Source of the DNA: Oopsacas minuta
Taxonomy: Eukaryota; Animalia; Porifera
Assembly (NCBI GenBank): GCA_024704765.1
Contig: JAKMXF010000210.1
Location: forward strand, 372,001-436,000
DNA length: 64,000 nucleotides
Direction: 5' to 3'
Shown here piece after piece: positions 24,169 to 36,740 of this stretch (within the stretch, counting starts at the first letter, position 1; each line of letters begins with the position of its first letter). Made by a program: the position numbers and the translations under genes. A model generated the notes under the pieces. That model did no database searches and was not told where the DNA came from. It saw only the letters and a program-made list of their open reading frames with translations.

Positions 24169-25310
24169 TAAATATGACCATTATTGCCCGGAATTTATTA
24201 GTAATTTATCAAACCCTAAAAATCCAACTATTTGTCCTTGTAATTTGTATATTATCAATACTCTTATGTGTATTACTCTATACTCTAGATTTGTATTGAT
24301 TAGGATGAATCATCATTGGATGCAGTTGATGTTATTCTACATTTTCATCTTACATGGATTCCAAACACCCGACACTGCTAATACCTTTCTCAACTTACTG
24401 CTTCTATGAACAAGTAAATATCATTGTCTATTCATTTCTAGTACAGCATTATACAATAATGCTTCACTCCGATAATTCTATTTTCTTTTGCTATACAACA
24501 TTTTTCCGTAAATTTACAGAGCAAATCTAGATATGAATGAAAAATGTCATTTGTTGGATTCTCTAACCTTTGACTCCAAATATTGAATTTGTTCTTAAAT
24601 ATGCAACTAGATGCATATGCCATCAGCTATAAATAATTAGATATGCTCAGAATGCACTATTGTACTATCTCTCTGTATGTAATTGGTTGTTAGTTTATTG
24701 ACTAGTTTCGACATTTCTAATTATCTCAGACTGTATGAATGGCATCATCTAGAAACCTATTGTATACCATCAACAAGTTGAATAGGAATGCGCATGCATT
24801 ATGAACTGTAAATCTAAATAACCACAATCAAGCAGCAACATAATATCTATTCAAAAACTATATACCCGGTTAATATTGCTAGAAACTAACAATAGTGATT
24901 GCATTGTAGCTCCTGCACTTGGAATAATAATATGCAGATTGCTATTTATATTGTTTTGTACATAACTACAGGCTAAGTCAGTAATTATGCATTTGGTGTG
25001 TTTGTAATTATAGGCTATTGATTATCTATTGGCCATTCAAACTGATTTATCAATAAAAACTTCCCTACACAGTAGATTAGATATAATATGTTATTTTGTC
25101 TATTTTACTAAAATCAAGTTTATGAATTCCAATATTATTTTCTAGTAAACTTGTTGCAAAGAATGTTGTCTAGTGGCCAACGTATATAGGCTCTTTTCTC
25201 TTTGTTCATAAACAATAGTTTATATTATATTTATTCCTTTTTGTTTTATAAATATTTCTTTTTAACTCTTGACATTAATTGTTTAGCTCTCCTATTCACC
25301 CTTCTTTTCA

Positions 25311-28300
25311 ATGTCGGACAGCTTTGCAATTATTTCCGAGGAATTTGCTAATCATCAGAATCCTCCAGCTGTAGTAGTCCCTGGAGATGGTATACAAGAG
25401 CAATATAACAATATTGTTAATGATTTAGCTATTAACGCTGCCCTGGATGGAAATGGTCAGATGTCATCTGAAACTAATGGCAAAGAAATAATGCCTTCTG
25501 GTAAGCTTGTTATTCAATCATAAATTTCTCTTGATACATGTTTATTTGTATTCTTTTCAGCTACTAATAATCTGATATTACCTGATCCTGTACAAATACA
25601 TGCAATCACTTCTAACCATAACACATCCTCTTCTATCGAGCATGTACAGATAAACAGCACCACTCCTAATGATGTTCACATTCCTAATCTTGTTCAAGTT
25701 GTTCAGTTCTCTCCTGCTGTAGATCATATGACTGAGGTAAATATTAATTATTCTTTTGTTCGTGTATAAACCACAAAGTCGCTAATTGATTATTTTGATT
25801 TATTGTTTCAGCTAATTCATTGATGTTTGTGTCAGATCACAAGTATAATTTTCTCGAATCTGAGCTCAATGATGCTGTGAAAATTCGAATACACTTGACA
25901 CATATTTAATAAATACGTGTTTGTTCAATTTGGCTAATCAGTTATAAATTATCTAAATATAGCTGAGAATCACAAGAATTAACATGTGTGTTGTGATTGC
26001 ATAACTATGATCCATTATTTGTTTACGCATTCTAGGTATGTTATTTACCCAAAATATAGGCTTCAGCTTAGTTTATAAAGTAACAACATGCATTATTATT
26101 TGAGTTGTTGTATTTTGGTCAACTATGTGTTTACGAGATTACCAATAGACATTACTATCTTGCACCTGTGCTTTTGTTTATCGAGATTGCAATATCTATA
26201 AAACATTTTGTTTAGGGTATTATGTTTCATCCTCTCTACCCTACTCCAAATCAAGGGAGACACAGTCCTGGCGACACCAGATTTATAAAAAAAGAGAAGC
26301 TTGAAATGGATGATACTCCTTACAAACAGTTTCTTACTGTTGGATCACTACAACACTACCAAAAACCAACTTCACTGTCTTTTGACAAACCTAGACTTAG
26401 TAAAATGGGTAGGAGATCTTCACCAGACCTGAGACACACTTCTTCTGATATTTTGCAACAACTCCATCTTTCAATTTGTAATGATAAATCTGATAAGCGA
26501 TCTCATAAGTAGGTCTATTTGATTGTTTACTTTTTACGTATAATATAGTGTTAATTGTACTTTTATTAATCTATAGGAATGAACGGCTTCACAATAACTC
26601 ACATGCTCCAGGTGAGTATTAATTTGCAGCTGCAATTCATTTATTCAGTAAACAATTGTTGTTATGAATCTTATATTGACTGAAATTCATCCTTTAGAGT
26701 CTGTTATAAACGATGTACTCTACTCAGATCACAAATGTAAATGGCCAGGATGTACTGAGAGCTTTCCTCTCCTATCAGAGTTTACCCAGTACGTTTTTCA
26801 TGTCTATTTACAAAACTTTATTTTCTGGTGAATTTTATTATACTTTCTTCGTAGACATTTACAAACGACTCATATATTGGAAGAGAAATCAACAGCACAA
26901 GTTCGATACCAGAAAAATATGGTGACTCATCTAGAACAGCAGGTTTGTTTCAAATTCGTATTTTCATACAAAGTGCGCCATCTTTGCATTCAAACTATAA
27001 CAAATAAGATCAGAATTTACGCACTTTTACTTAACATTCCATTTTGACAAACCGTAAATCAAACCCTGTAATCCTCCCCATTTCAAACTTCTCATTTGTC
27101 GAGCATTACTAGAGTAAAATTATTGATTGAGTTCCCTTCTTCTTTAGTAATGTTTATAGTATTGTATATAATAATACTCATTATGAAATGCATTCCACAA
27201 GCACATCTATTAAATTGCAGAGCGCGAAAAGAGTAATACGTTGCAGTATTTCCTGGCTATTCGCTCTGATTTGTATGATGAATGCCTTCACATCAAATTT
27301 ACGATTTACTTTCTAAACATATTTGTGTAGTTGAAGAAAGAGAAATCTCTCCTGACCGCAATGACAACTCATCTCAACCATCAACCAAGCTTAATATTTC
27401 CTCGCAATAATATTATTCCTTCTGTGCCGATTATTTCAGCTATGGACACTGAAACGCGTATTCTAAATCAAACCAATTCTTCTGATGATCATCTCACTAA
27501 CTCAGATAGTACTCCAATATTCAGTACTACAGGGACAGAAATTAGTCCCTCTATGATTTCAGTCTCAGCAACACCTCATAATCACTCCCAAGGACACACA
27601 CTGACCCCTCATATATTTCCTACAGTATACCAGACCGCTGATTCTACACAACAACAGCCTCTACTCATTTTGCAACAACCATCTGGTTCTACTACATTAT
27701 TGCCTGGTCTCTATCCTTCAGCTTCTACAGGCAGTTTACCATCTCTTAACTCGACTCCCCTACTCGCTCCTGTATCTATATCAGCTCTTCCTGGTGAGTT
27801 ACTAGCAACTACACCTAAACTTAAATCTATATAATTAATCCATTTTATTCGGCAATTAGGTGCTGGAGAAACCTATTCACAAACACCGCTATCTGTTAAG
27901 TCAGAGTTTAGTCCTCTTGACTTTCACCTCAAGTCATCTCCTCATCTGTTAGATGCCAGCCCAGGCAGGAAGATGCCGCGGATGCAATTGTTCTCTGATG
28001 TCGATGGTAAATAGCTTTATACATTTTCAAATTGTATTTGATCATAATAATCTATTTTATATTTCTATAGACGCCCGCAACACATTAGAACAGTTTAAGA
28101 ATATCAATAGCAGACCTCCCTTTACATACGCTGCTCTTATTAGACAGGTTTGTTGAACTTTGCACTTATTCTACTTTTTTGTAATTTCATTATTTACTTA
28201 TTTTTCCCACTTTCTAGGCTATTATCGAGTCAGAGAATCGAAACCTTACTCTAAACGAGATATATAATTGGTTTTCGCGAAACTTCGTGTATTTTCGAGA

Positions 28301-29145
28301 TAACGCTCCAACATGGAAGGTTTGTCATTCATTTTGTATTAGCCAATGGTGACTTCACCGTACAATATTTCGTACAGTGCAACAACATAGACAAACTGTT
28401 ATTCTTAATTGAACTCTGTCAATATTTATTTATTAAGGAATCCTTGTTTTTTTGTGATGGCAGATTATACATTCCTTATTTATTATTCATTCAATTCTAG
28501 AATGCCATTCGTCACAATCTATCTCTACACAAGTGTTTCCAACGAGTGGAATTACCTAGCCAGAGAGGAGCAGTGTGGACTGTTAATGATGAGCTTTTTA
28601 AGAAGAGAAAGACAGTCATTAGAACGTATGTTATATACTCTAATTTTAGTTCATTAATTAAAATACAGTTATTTATTTCTGATTTCTTCAGGCCATATCA
28701 AGATGAAAATGCGGAATCTTTCTATTCACATGACTCACAAGATTCTAATAGCACTTTTCTTCCATTTCAAAATTTCACATTATCTGCTTCACGGGAAAAA
28801 CTATATGGAAACGGTACCATTAGTGAAGTTAAAAATGAAGAATTAGATACAACTCCTATACATTTTGATGCTAAAACAATGAACTTGTCGAATTTTTCAA
28901 CAAATACCGATTCAATGGATATTGGAAATACTGTGTGTATTAAAACAGAACTTGATGTTGATATGGAAAGAAATGATTTGAACAGTCTTCCGAATCTCGA
29001 CAAAATATATGAGGTTCTTGTTCACCCAACTGAGTAAGTTATTTTTTGCCTCGGTGCGAATTTCGCATATCCAGTTTACATTTCCTTATTTTTTAGACAA
29101 GATACAGATACTCAGGAGTGTTCAGATTCAGAGCAAAACGCTTAG
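25311..29145 (+). CDS. FOXP: FoxP transcription factor, about 13 exons (25311-25500, 25561-25736, 26216-26508, 26577-26611, 26698-26788, 26855-26942, 27331-27793, 27860-28006, 28071-28147, 28218-28319, 28501-28625, 28692-29033, 29097-29145)
   Basis: Zn finger KCKWPGC..HLQTTH, leucine zipper [19 protein letters not shown]|[15 protein letters not shown], forkhead [12 protein letters not shown]|[18 protein letters not shown]|[19 protein letters not shown]. Splice phases were checked by hand and are consistent. Confidence 0.92.
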
Positions 29146-29447
29146 CTTTTATTTTCTAATTCTCTTTATCGCGTACGCAAGCCTTAGCAGAAGCAAGCAG
29201 TTATCTAATTTACAATCAATTTAATGATGTAATTCCATCTCTTCCTTCTGCACACAGCTTCTATCGAATTTAAACAAAATTAAATTTTCGATCTTTCTAC
29301 ATGTTGCATTCTATCTTTGTATAAATTGTAGATTACTTTACTGCTCTATTCTAAAAGCTGATTGATAATTATATATAGATTCATCATGTATTAAATTTCT
29401 TGCTACCACCTGTATTCTTAACATTCGTAGCTTTCCATTGGATCTAC

Positions 29448-30410
29448 ATGGCAGCTGTATTTCGCAATTCTAACGACGTTTTAACACATGATAACGAAGT
29501 ATTAGCAGCTCCTTCATTGGAGGATGAAATTCATAGTCAAGCAATTGGCAAACTTAGGAATATTGCAGATTTAGAAACAAGAGGAGAATTCACGAATGCT
29601 GATAGCATTAACGTATTTACATGCTGTTGGAATCCTCCCTCTATAGAGATAAAAGCTCTGCTCTGTATAGTACACGGGTATGGAGATCACTGTATACGTT
29701 TTTCAGGTTATGGGGAAGAGTTCGCTAAACATGGGATTGTATGCTTCTCTCAGGATTTAGTCGGATTTGGTAGGAGTGGTGGTGTCAGAGGTCCTGTTGA
29801 TAATATTAACAATTATGTAAGAGATGTTATACAACAAATAGAAATGATGAGAGGTAAATATCTGCATCTGCCTCTGTTTATTTATGGACACTCTCTAGGT
29901 GCTGCTATATCTCTATCTGTTGTTTTAGAGAAACAGGCTTGGTTCAATGGATTAATTGTCTCAGGAAATAATATGAAGGCACCATTGAAAGTTGGGAGAG
30001 TCCGTAGACTCCTGCTAGGATTCGCAGGTAAAGTTTACCCCTCAATGACTGTCATAGCACCAGATCTCACCAGGTTAACTCGAGACAATGCAGAGATAGA
30101 GAAAGTCAGACAAGATCCTCTGCTGGCAAAATCACCTATACAAGTAAAGTTTGGTGTTGAGATGTTCAGGTATCTTGATAATATGTACCCTCGTCTCAAC
30201 GAAATAACTCTACCCATTTTTGTTACCCATGGAGAACTAGATGTTCTATGTCCTCCTGAGAATGCTGTGTTTGTGTATGATTCAGTCTCAAGCAGAGATA
30301 AGAGTGTTGAGGTTTGGAGAGGTTGTAAACATAATCTACAAGCAGAGTTAGAACCAGACAGAAGTGAGATATTATCAAGATATGTAGATTGGATTCTGGA
30401 GCGGGTGTAG
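29448..30410 (+). CDS. MGLL: Monoacylglycerol lipase-like alpha/beta hydrolase, intronless
   Basis: VHGYGDHC, DLVGFGRSGG, nucleophile GHSLG, HGELDVLC, KHNLQAE. The first ATG is at 29448; the ORF-track start is TTG. Confidence 0.82.
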   Translation: MAAVFRNSNDVLTHDNEVLAAPSLEDEIHSQAIGKLRNIADLETRGEFTNADSINVFTCCWNPPSIEIKALLCIVHGYGDHCIRFSGYGEEFAKHGIVCFSQDLVGFGRSGGVRGPVDNINNYVRDVIQQIEMMRGKYLHLPLFIYGHSLGAAISLSVVLEKQAWFNGLIVSGNNMKAPLKVGRVRRLLLGFAGKVYPSMTVIAPDLTRLTRDNAEIEKVRQDPLLAKSPIQVKFGVEMFRYLDNMYPRLNEITLPIFVTHGELDVLCPPENAVFVYDSVSSRDKSVEVWRGCKHNLQAELEPDRSEILSRYVDWILERV

Positions 30411-30887
30411 TACATAAGTATATACTTATTTGTATACGTATTTGATTTGTATATGTATTTGATTTGTATATTCGTCCTTGATTCATGATCTAAACATTTT
30501 ATGAGCTAGACGTTCAAAGTTAATATAATTATTTCCGAATGTTTTTAATGGTATACTCCCTATAGGACTGTATTACCTCGAATTGAAGCCACACCACTCG
30601 AATTCTCACCATCAGTGTAGACAAATTCTAACAAACTAACTACGAACATAATTTTCTGTTGATGCCATACTAGCATATCAGTTCAGTTAGTGGAGTTATT
30701 GTTGTGGACCATGGTTGAATCGTGATTATTTAATTAGTTCCAGTTTCATTTGTAGTAATAATTTATATACACTAGGATATTACTTCTAACATGTTTACAG
30801 AATTATTTCAGAATTAAATGCTTCATCAATCAACTCAATTGCATTATTGTTTATAGATATTTTTTCAGTCAATACTTATTTAAAAGC

Positions 30888-33800
30888 ATGATATCTAAGA
30901 AACCGAAGGCTTTCATTGGACAACCGGTACCCCTTGGTTACCAAGCTGGAGTAGGGAGGGGAGCAACCAGTTTCACAACTCGTTCTGATATAGGACCAGC
31001 CAGAGATGTTAATGACGTACCAGATGAGAGACACAGACATGTGTCTTACAAGAAGTCTAGTGAACCTGAGGTTGTACAGGAAGTAGATGAGGAATTGGAT
31101 GAGGACTTGAATGATACTAATTATGATGAGTTCTCTGGGTATGGAGGATCTCTATTCAGGTGAGTTTATGTATAAATTAATAAATATGTACTTTCATATT
31201 ATATAATTGCTGATACAGCTCAGGGCCCTATGAGAAAGATGATGAAGAAGCAGATGAGATATTCACTGGGATAGACAGACGTATGGATGGTCGTAGGAAA
31301 GAGCGTAGAGAGCAGAGGTTCAAGGAGGAGGTACTGCGTTACCGCGAGGAGAGGCCCAAGATACAGCAGCAGTTTGCCGGTCTCAAACGCGATCTGGCTC
31401 AAGTATCTAAAGACCAGTGGGCCTCAATCCCAGAGGTAGGTGACGTCAGAACAAAGAAACAGAGAGGAGCTAGTCGTGCGGAAAAGTTCACACCTGTTCC
31501 TGATCTGCTATTGAGAGGCGCGACTAACACGACTATCTCAAACCACAGCATAGACCCACGTACCGGTCTGACAACACCCTTCCCAGGGAGCATGACTCCT
31601 GGATTTAGCACTAGCTCTAAAATGGATCTTAATTTATTCGGAGAAGAGAAAAAGAAATTTATAACTGTCAAGCTAGATCAGGTATATCAACACATTGTAT
31701 TGAGTGATTTGTGAAGTAATATACACGTTTATTATATTGTAGATGTCAGATTCTGTTAGCGGTCAGACTGTTGTTGATCCTAAGAGCTTTTGCACTGATC
31801 TGAATAGTATTGCTCCACAGTCCTTCACAGATATAGGAGATTTGAAGAAAGCTAGACTGCTTCTAGACTCCATCACTAAAACCAATCCCAATCATGGTCC
31901 TGGTTGGATTGCTAGAGCAGGTTTGGAGGAGGTAACAGGACACATACAGATGGCTCGTCAGATAATAGCTAAGGGCTGTGAGGCTGTGCCTAATTCAGAG
32001 GAAGTATGGCTAGAGGCTACACGGCTACAAACACCAGAAAATGCTAAAGCGGTAGTAGCTAGAGCTGTAAGGTAAATGATTTATTTCTAATTATTAGTGA
32101 CCAATTTTGATAGTATTATTTGTTAGACAAATCCCTCAGAGTGTGAGGTTATGGGTTAAAGCAGCTGAATTGGAGATAGAGTCTATTAATAAGAAAAAAG
32201 TATTAAGGAAAGCTCTAGAACATGTACCTACTAGTGTTGCACTATGGAGAGAAGCAGTTAAGCTTGAAGAACCAGATGATGCTCGTATTTTGTTAAGTAG
32301 AGCTGTTGAGTGTTGTCCTACCTCTGTAGATCTATGGGTTGCTCTAGCAAAACTGGAAACATATGAAAATGCTAGGAAAGTTCTGAATAAAGCCCGAGAG
32401 AAGATACCAACAGACAGACAGATATGGCTTACAGCTGCTAAGCTAGAAGAAGCACATCAGAATGTTGACATGGTTAAAACTATTGTAGACAGAGCGATTA
32501 GTTCTCTGTTATCTAACGGAGTTGAAATCAACAGAGATCAGTGGCTTAAAGATGTAAGTGAATTATGTATTTTGTCCTGTGCAGGGTATTTATACCTTTC
32601 TGTTTGTATAGGCTCATGACTGTGACAAGTCTGGTAGCAAGCTAACCTGTCAAGCTGTAGTACACGGGGTTCTAGAGATAGGAGTAGAGACCGAGAGTAG
32701 AAAGAGTCAGTGGTTAGAAGACGCAGATACAGCTGTACAAGTTGAAGCTCTATCATGCGCGCGTGCTATATACTCACATGCTCTAACAGTATTCCCGAGT
32801 AAGAAGGGCATATGGCTTAGGGCAGCTTACTTCGAGAAAGAATACGGGACCAGAGCATCTCTAGAGAGATTGCTACAAGATGCAGTGCTGCATTGTCCTA
32901 AAGCTGAGGTGTTATGGTTAATGGGAGCTAAGTCTAGATGGTTAGCTGGAGATGTTCCTGGTGCAAGGACTATCCTATCAGAATCCTTCAAAGTGAGAAT
33001 ATTATCTATTTATATAAAATATGTAATATTGTTCTAATAGTTTATCAGCTGTTTGTAGGCAAATGCGAATAGTGAAGAGATTTGGTTAGCAGCTGTTAAA
33101 CTTGAGAGTGAGAATAATGAATACCAGAGGGCAAGATCGTTGCTAGCTAATGCAAGAGAAAGCGCAGGGACTGCTCGTGTAGTAATGAAATCAGCCAAGT
33201 TAGAATGGGCTCTTTCCAATCTTAAGGAGGCTAATCAGCTGATTAAAGAGGGATTAGAGAAATACCCTGACAACGCTAAATTATGGATGATGAAGGGTCA
33301 GATTTTTGAGCAACAAGGTAACAAACCTGAAGCTATAGTTTCGTATATGGAAGGACTTAAGAGGTGTCCTCAGTCCGTTCCTCTATGGGTGTTATGCTGT
33401 AAGGTACTTATGTCTCAGGGAGAGCATACAAAAGCTAGGTTAGTTATCAGTTATACTTTTATTATTATAAAATATTATGTGTGAATTTATAGAGCTAACT
33501 TGGAGAAAGGACGCTTGCGTTGCCCAAACAGCGCGGAGTTATGGTTAGAAGCAGTTAGGCTAGAGGTTAGTTTAGGTAATAGAGAAGTAGCTATGGCTGT
33601 CATGTCACGTGCTTTACAGAAGTGTCCTAGTAGTGGAATACTGTGGGCTGAAGCTATTTTCTTGGAAGCGAGGCCACAACGTAAAACTAAAAGTGTAGAT
33701 GCCCTGAGGAAATGTGAACATGATGTACATGTAATATTAACTGTAGCTAAACTATTCTGGACAGAACGTAAGATTAGTAAGGCAAGAGAATGGTTTCAGA

Positions 33801-34036
33801 AAGCGATTAAGGTAGATCCTGATGCTGGAGATGCTTGGGGATATTATTATAAATTTGAGCTAGAGTATGGTAATGAGGAACAGAGGAAAGCTGTCATAAA
33901 TAAGTGTGTTAGTGCTGAGCCAAGACATGGAGAGAAATGGTGTAGTGTATCTAAAGATATTGATAACTGGAGGAAAATGATTGATGAGATTCTTGTGATT
34001 CTAGCTAGCCAGCTCATTCCTCCAAGTAGCACTTGA
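30888..34036 (+). CDS. PRPF6: Pre-mRNA processing factor 6 (U5-102K), 7 exons (30888-31159, 31219-31681, 31743-32071, 32127-32553, 32612-32992, 33059-33438, 33493-34036)
   Basis: [52 protein letters not shown] repeats, [14 protein letters not shown]. Confidence 0.95.
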
Positions 34037-34294
34037 TAATTTGACAAGTTTGTAGATTCATTACTTGTGTTTTGTCATATTCTATTTGCAGCTCTAATTC
34101 CTTTCATACACTTGGCATGAAAATATTGAATATATTTCAATAGAAATCAATTCTCTTGTAAGTTATAAGAACGTATTCGTACCTTACATATTGTGTAAAT
34201 ACATGTGTGTTTGAACGTATATTTACCAAGATTATTTGTATTATACCATTATCTCTAGCTCAGTCTTATAAAGGCTAATTAGATTAATTCACTG

Positions 34295-35029
34295 ATGGAT
34301 ATACGATTCGATGGTAAGCGTGTTCTCGTTACAGGAGCTGGTAAAGGTATAGGTAGAGGAACTGCAATAATGCTAATGCAGTGTGGTGCTGAAGTCATAG
34401 CATTGAGTCGTACTCAATCTGACTTAGATTCTCTAGCTGAAGAACATCCTAGTATAAAGATAATTGTTATGGATTTAGCTGATATAGCTGCAGTTAAGAC
34501 AGAGATACCTAAACTATCTCCTATCCATTTGCTTGTTAATAATGCTGCTATAGGAGAAATACAGCCATTCCTTGAAGTAACTGAGGATTCATTTGATAGA
34601 GTAGTTAATGTTAATTTTAAATCATGTCTGTTTGTTGCTCAGGCAGTAGCTCGAGATATGGTGGAGAGAGGAAAGGGAGGAGCTATTGTTAATGTTAGTT
34701 CTCAAGCTAGTCAAGTAGCTTTACAAGATCATACGGTGTATAGTGGAACCAAAGCTGCGTTAGATTCTATGACACGTACAATGGCCTTAGAATTGGGACC
34801 TAAACAGATACGAGTCAATGCAGTTAACCCTACGGTCGTTCTGACTAAAATGGGTAAGGTAGGTTGGTCAGACCCTGCTAAAGCTGGCCCTATGATGTCT
34901 AAGATACCGCAAGGAAAATTTGCTGAAGTTAAGGACGTAGTACATGCTATACTGTATCTACTGAGCGATAAAGCTGATATGATTAATGGAAGCACCCTAG
35001 CTATTGATGGAGGTTTTCTAGCTTGCTAA
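34295..35029 (+). CDS. DCXR: L-xylulose reductase (SDR), intronless
   Basis: VTGAGKGIG, NNA, YSGTKAALD, IRVNAVNPTVVLT, DGGFLAC. Confidence 0.93.
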   Translation: MDIRFDGKRVLVTGAGKGIGRGTAIMLMQCGAEVIALSRTQSDLDSLAEEHPSIKIIVMDLADIAAVKTEIPKLSPIHLLVNNAAIGEIQPFLEVTEDSFDRVVNVNFKSCLFVAQAVARDMVERGKGGAIVNVSSQASQVALQDHTVYSGTKAALDSMTRTMALELGPKQIRVNAVNPTVVLTKMGKVGWSDPAKAGPMMSKIPQGKFAEVKDVVHAILYLLSDKADMINGSTLAIDGGFLAC

Positions 35030-35148
35030 TAATTGGTGACTTTATTACTTATTTATTTATGAAAACTTTTCTAACAATTATTTATATCTATATTGCTTCT
35101 GTTTATTCATATATACGTAACGTATTTAAGTTAATTAATAGACTAGTA

Positions 35149-36633
35149 ATGGATACGACAACTTTAACAAACGAGTTAAGGATTGACCTCTTCAAACATG
35201 AACTAAATTACACTCCCGCTCAAACATCAAAGTGCTATTTCTGCTCCAACTCCTCCAATGATTCCTCTTTCATCTTCTGCTCTACTTGTCAGAAGAATTA
35301 CCATATGGAATGTGTGTTTGCTCGGGAAGAAGACCAAACAGCTGATTATCAATGTCCTTCTTGTCTCCGTAAAAATTCTCATTTAACCAATGATAAACTC
35401 ATCACATACTCCCCTAGTAGTATAACTAATAACCATGTAGTACCTCTAACTGTTCTAACAAATGGTTTGACAGCACACGAAGACGCTACCTCAAGTTCTT
35501 GTGATGGTTGTAGTTACAATGGAATATCTACTGGCATTTCTAACCATAAGCAGTTCAATTATAATGGTGCTATAGATCGGGAATCTAATAGTAATCTGTA
35601 TTCAAATGATATACAACATTCTAATAGAACTACTCATATTCTGAATAATAAACCTAAGAAAGTTAAGACTCAGTCACTGTTCGATGAAACTTACGATTAT
35701 TTGGAGGGTTTTGAGCGTAGAAAGAGGAATCGTGATACTCTAACGAAAGGAGATCGTATCCCTAACGGAGGAGGTCTACACGGTCCCGAAGACTCATCTT
35801 TACAGTGTTTAGGTCCTGCGTGTACAAATGCTGCTAGAGATAACTCTAAATATTGCTGTGAAGAATGCGGTATACAACTTGCTATTGAACGGATTAAACA
35901 ACATCTCCCTCAGAGATTAGAAGAGTGGAAATTAGGAGGAGAATCTTTAGCGCAGAAAAGAGATAGAGATAAGTTGGAGAAAGTAAATAAAGACCTGAAT
36001 ATTGTAAGAGCTAGGATACAACAACTTGATGTAGAAGGACAAAGATTAAATCAGCTGATCACGAGAGTATCAAAGTTACAGATCATTTCTAATAAAGAAA
36101 AGTTTGATAACGAATCAGAAGATCTAATGCTAGATTGTCCTACTTGTGGTATACAATTTGCTATGAAGAAAATACAACTACACATGGAGAAGTGTTGGGC
36201 TAAGATAGAATCTAGCATGACACTAAGCTCATATGTCAAATTGGAAGGAGCTAATTTCTTCTGTGATAAATACGACAAAAAGTATAATACTTATTGTAAA
36301 AAGCTTAAGGTAATGTGTCCAGAACATACAAAGGAGCCTAAGATAGGTACAATGGATGTGTGTGGTTGCCCTCTGATTGAAAACCTTTCTATTCTGCCAC
36401 CAAATAGTCCATCTGTCAGGTTCTGTCAGCTTCCAAAGAGGACGTGCAGGAAACATCCTTTTTGGGAGAAAATGCGTCGAGCTACTATCGATCAAGAAAA
36501 GTTGATTCAATGGCTTAAATTAGATGAGTTGGATGAACAAAGGAAATTGCTTCGTGGTCAGTTATCTACTCGAGGGAATTTGATAGCCCTCCTCCTTCAC
36601 AGGACTATACCAGCTAATATTACATCCGTATAG
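35149..36633 (+). CDS. CXXC1: CXXC1/CFP1-like COMPASS subunit: PHD finger plus C-terminal SET1-interacting region, no CXXC finger
   Basis: PHD CYFC..CSTC..HMEC..CPSC, QCLGPACTNAARDNSKYCCEECG..LPQRLEEW, FCDKYDKK..YCKKLKVMCPEH, KRTCRKHPFWEKMRRATID. Confidence 0.87.
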   Translation: MDTTTLTNELRIDLFKHELNYTPAQTSKCYFCSNSSNDSSFIFCSTCQKNYHMECVFAREEDQTADYQCPSCLRKNSHLTNDKLITYSPSSITNNHVVPLTVLTNGLTAHEDATSSSCDGCSYNGISTGISNHKQFNYNGAIDRESNSNLYSNDIQHSNRTTHILNNKPKKVKTQSLFDETYDYLEGFERRKRNRDTLTKGDRIPNGGGLHGPEDSSLQCLGPACTNAARDNSKYCCEECGIQLAIERIKQHLPQRLEEWKLGGESLAQKRDRDKLEKVNKDLNIVRARIQQLDVEGQRLNQLITRVSKLQIISNKEKFDNESEDLMLDCPTCGIQFAMKKIQLHMEKCWAKIESSMTLSSYVKLEGANFFCDKYDKKYNTYCKKLKVMCPEHTKEPKIGTMDVCGCPLIENLSILPPNSPSVRFCQLPKRTCRKHPFWEKMRRATIDQEKLIQWLKLDELDEQRKLLRGQLSTRGNLIALLLHRTIPANITSV

Positions 36634-36740
36634 TAGGTTCTCATATTATCGTATCAAAAAGAACTATGCTATATATATACTGATCATTTTAGAATTCAAT
36701 AGATTAAAGTATTATATATTTGTCTATTTGGTTATTAGAA

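Noticed and set aside
30427-30471. About 2.5 copies of an 18-bp AT-rich unit after MGLL
   Set aside because: It is a low-complexity 3' UTR slippage repeat with no spacers, so it is not CRISPR-like.
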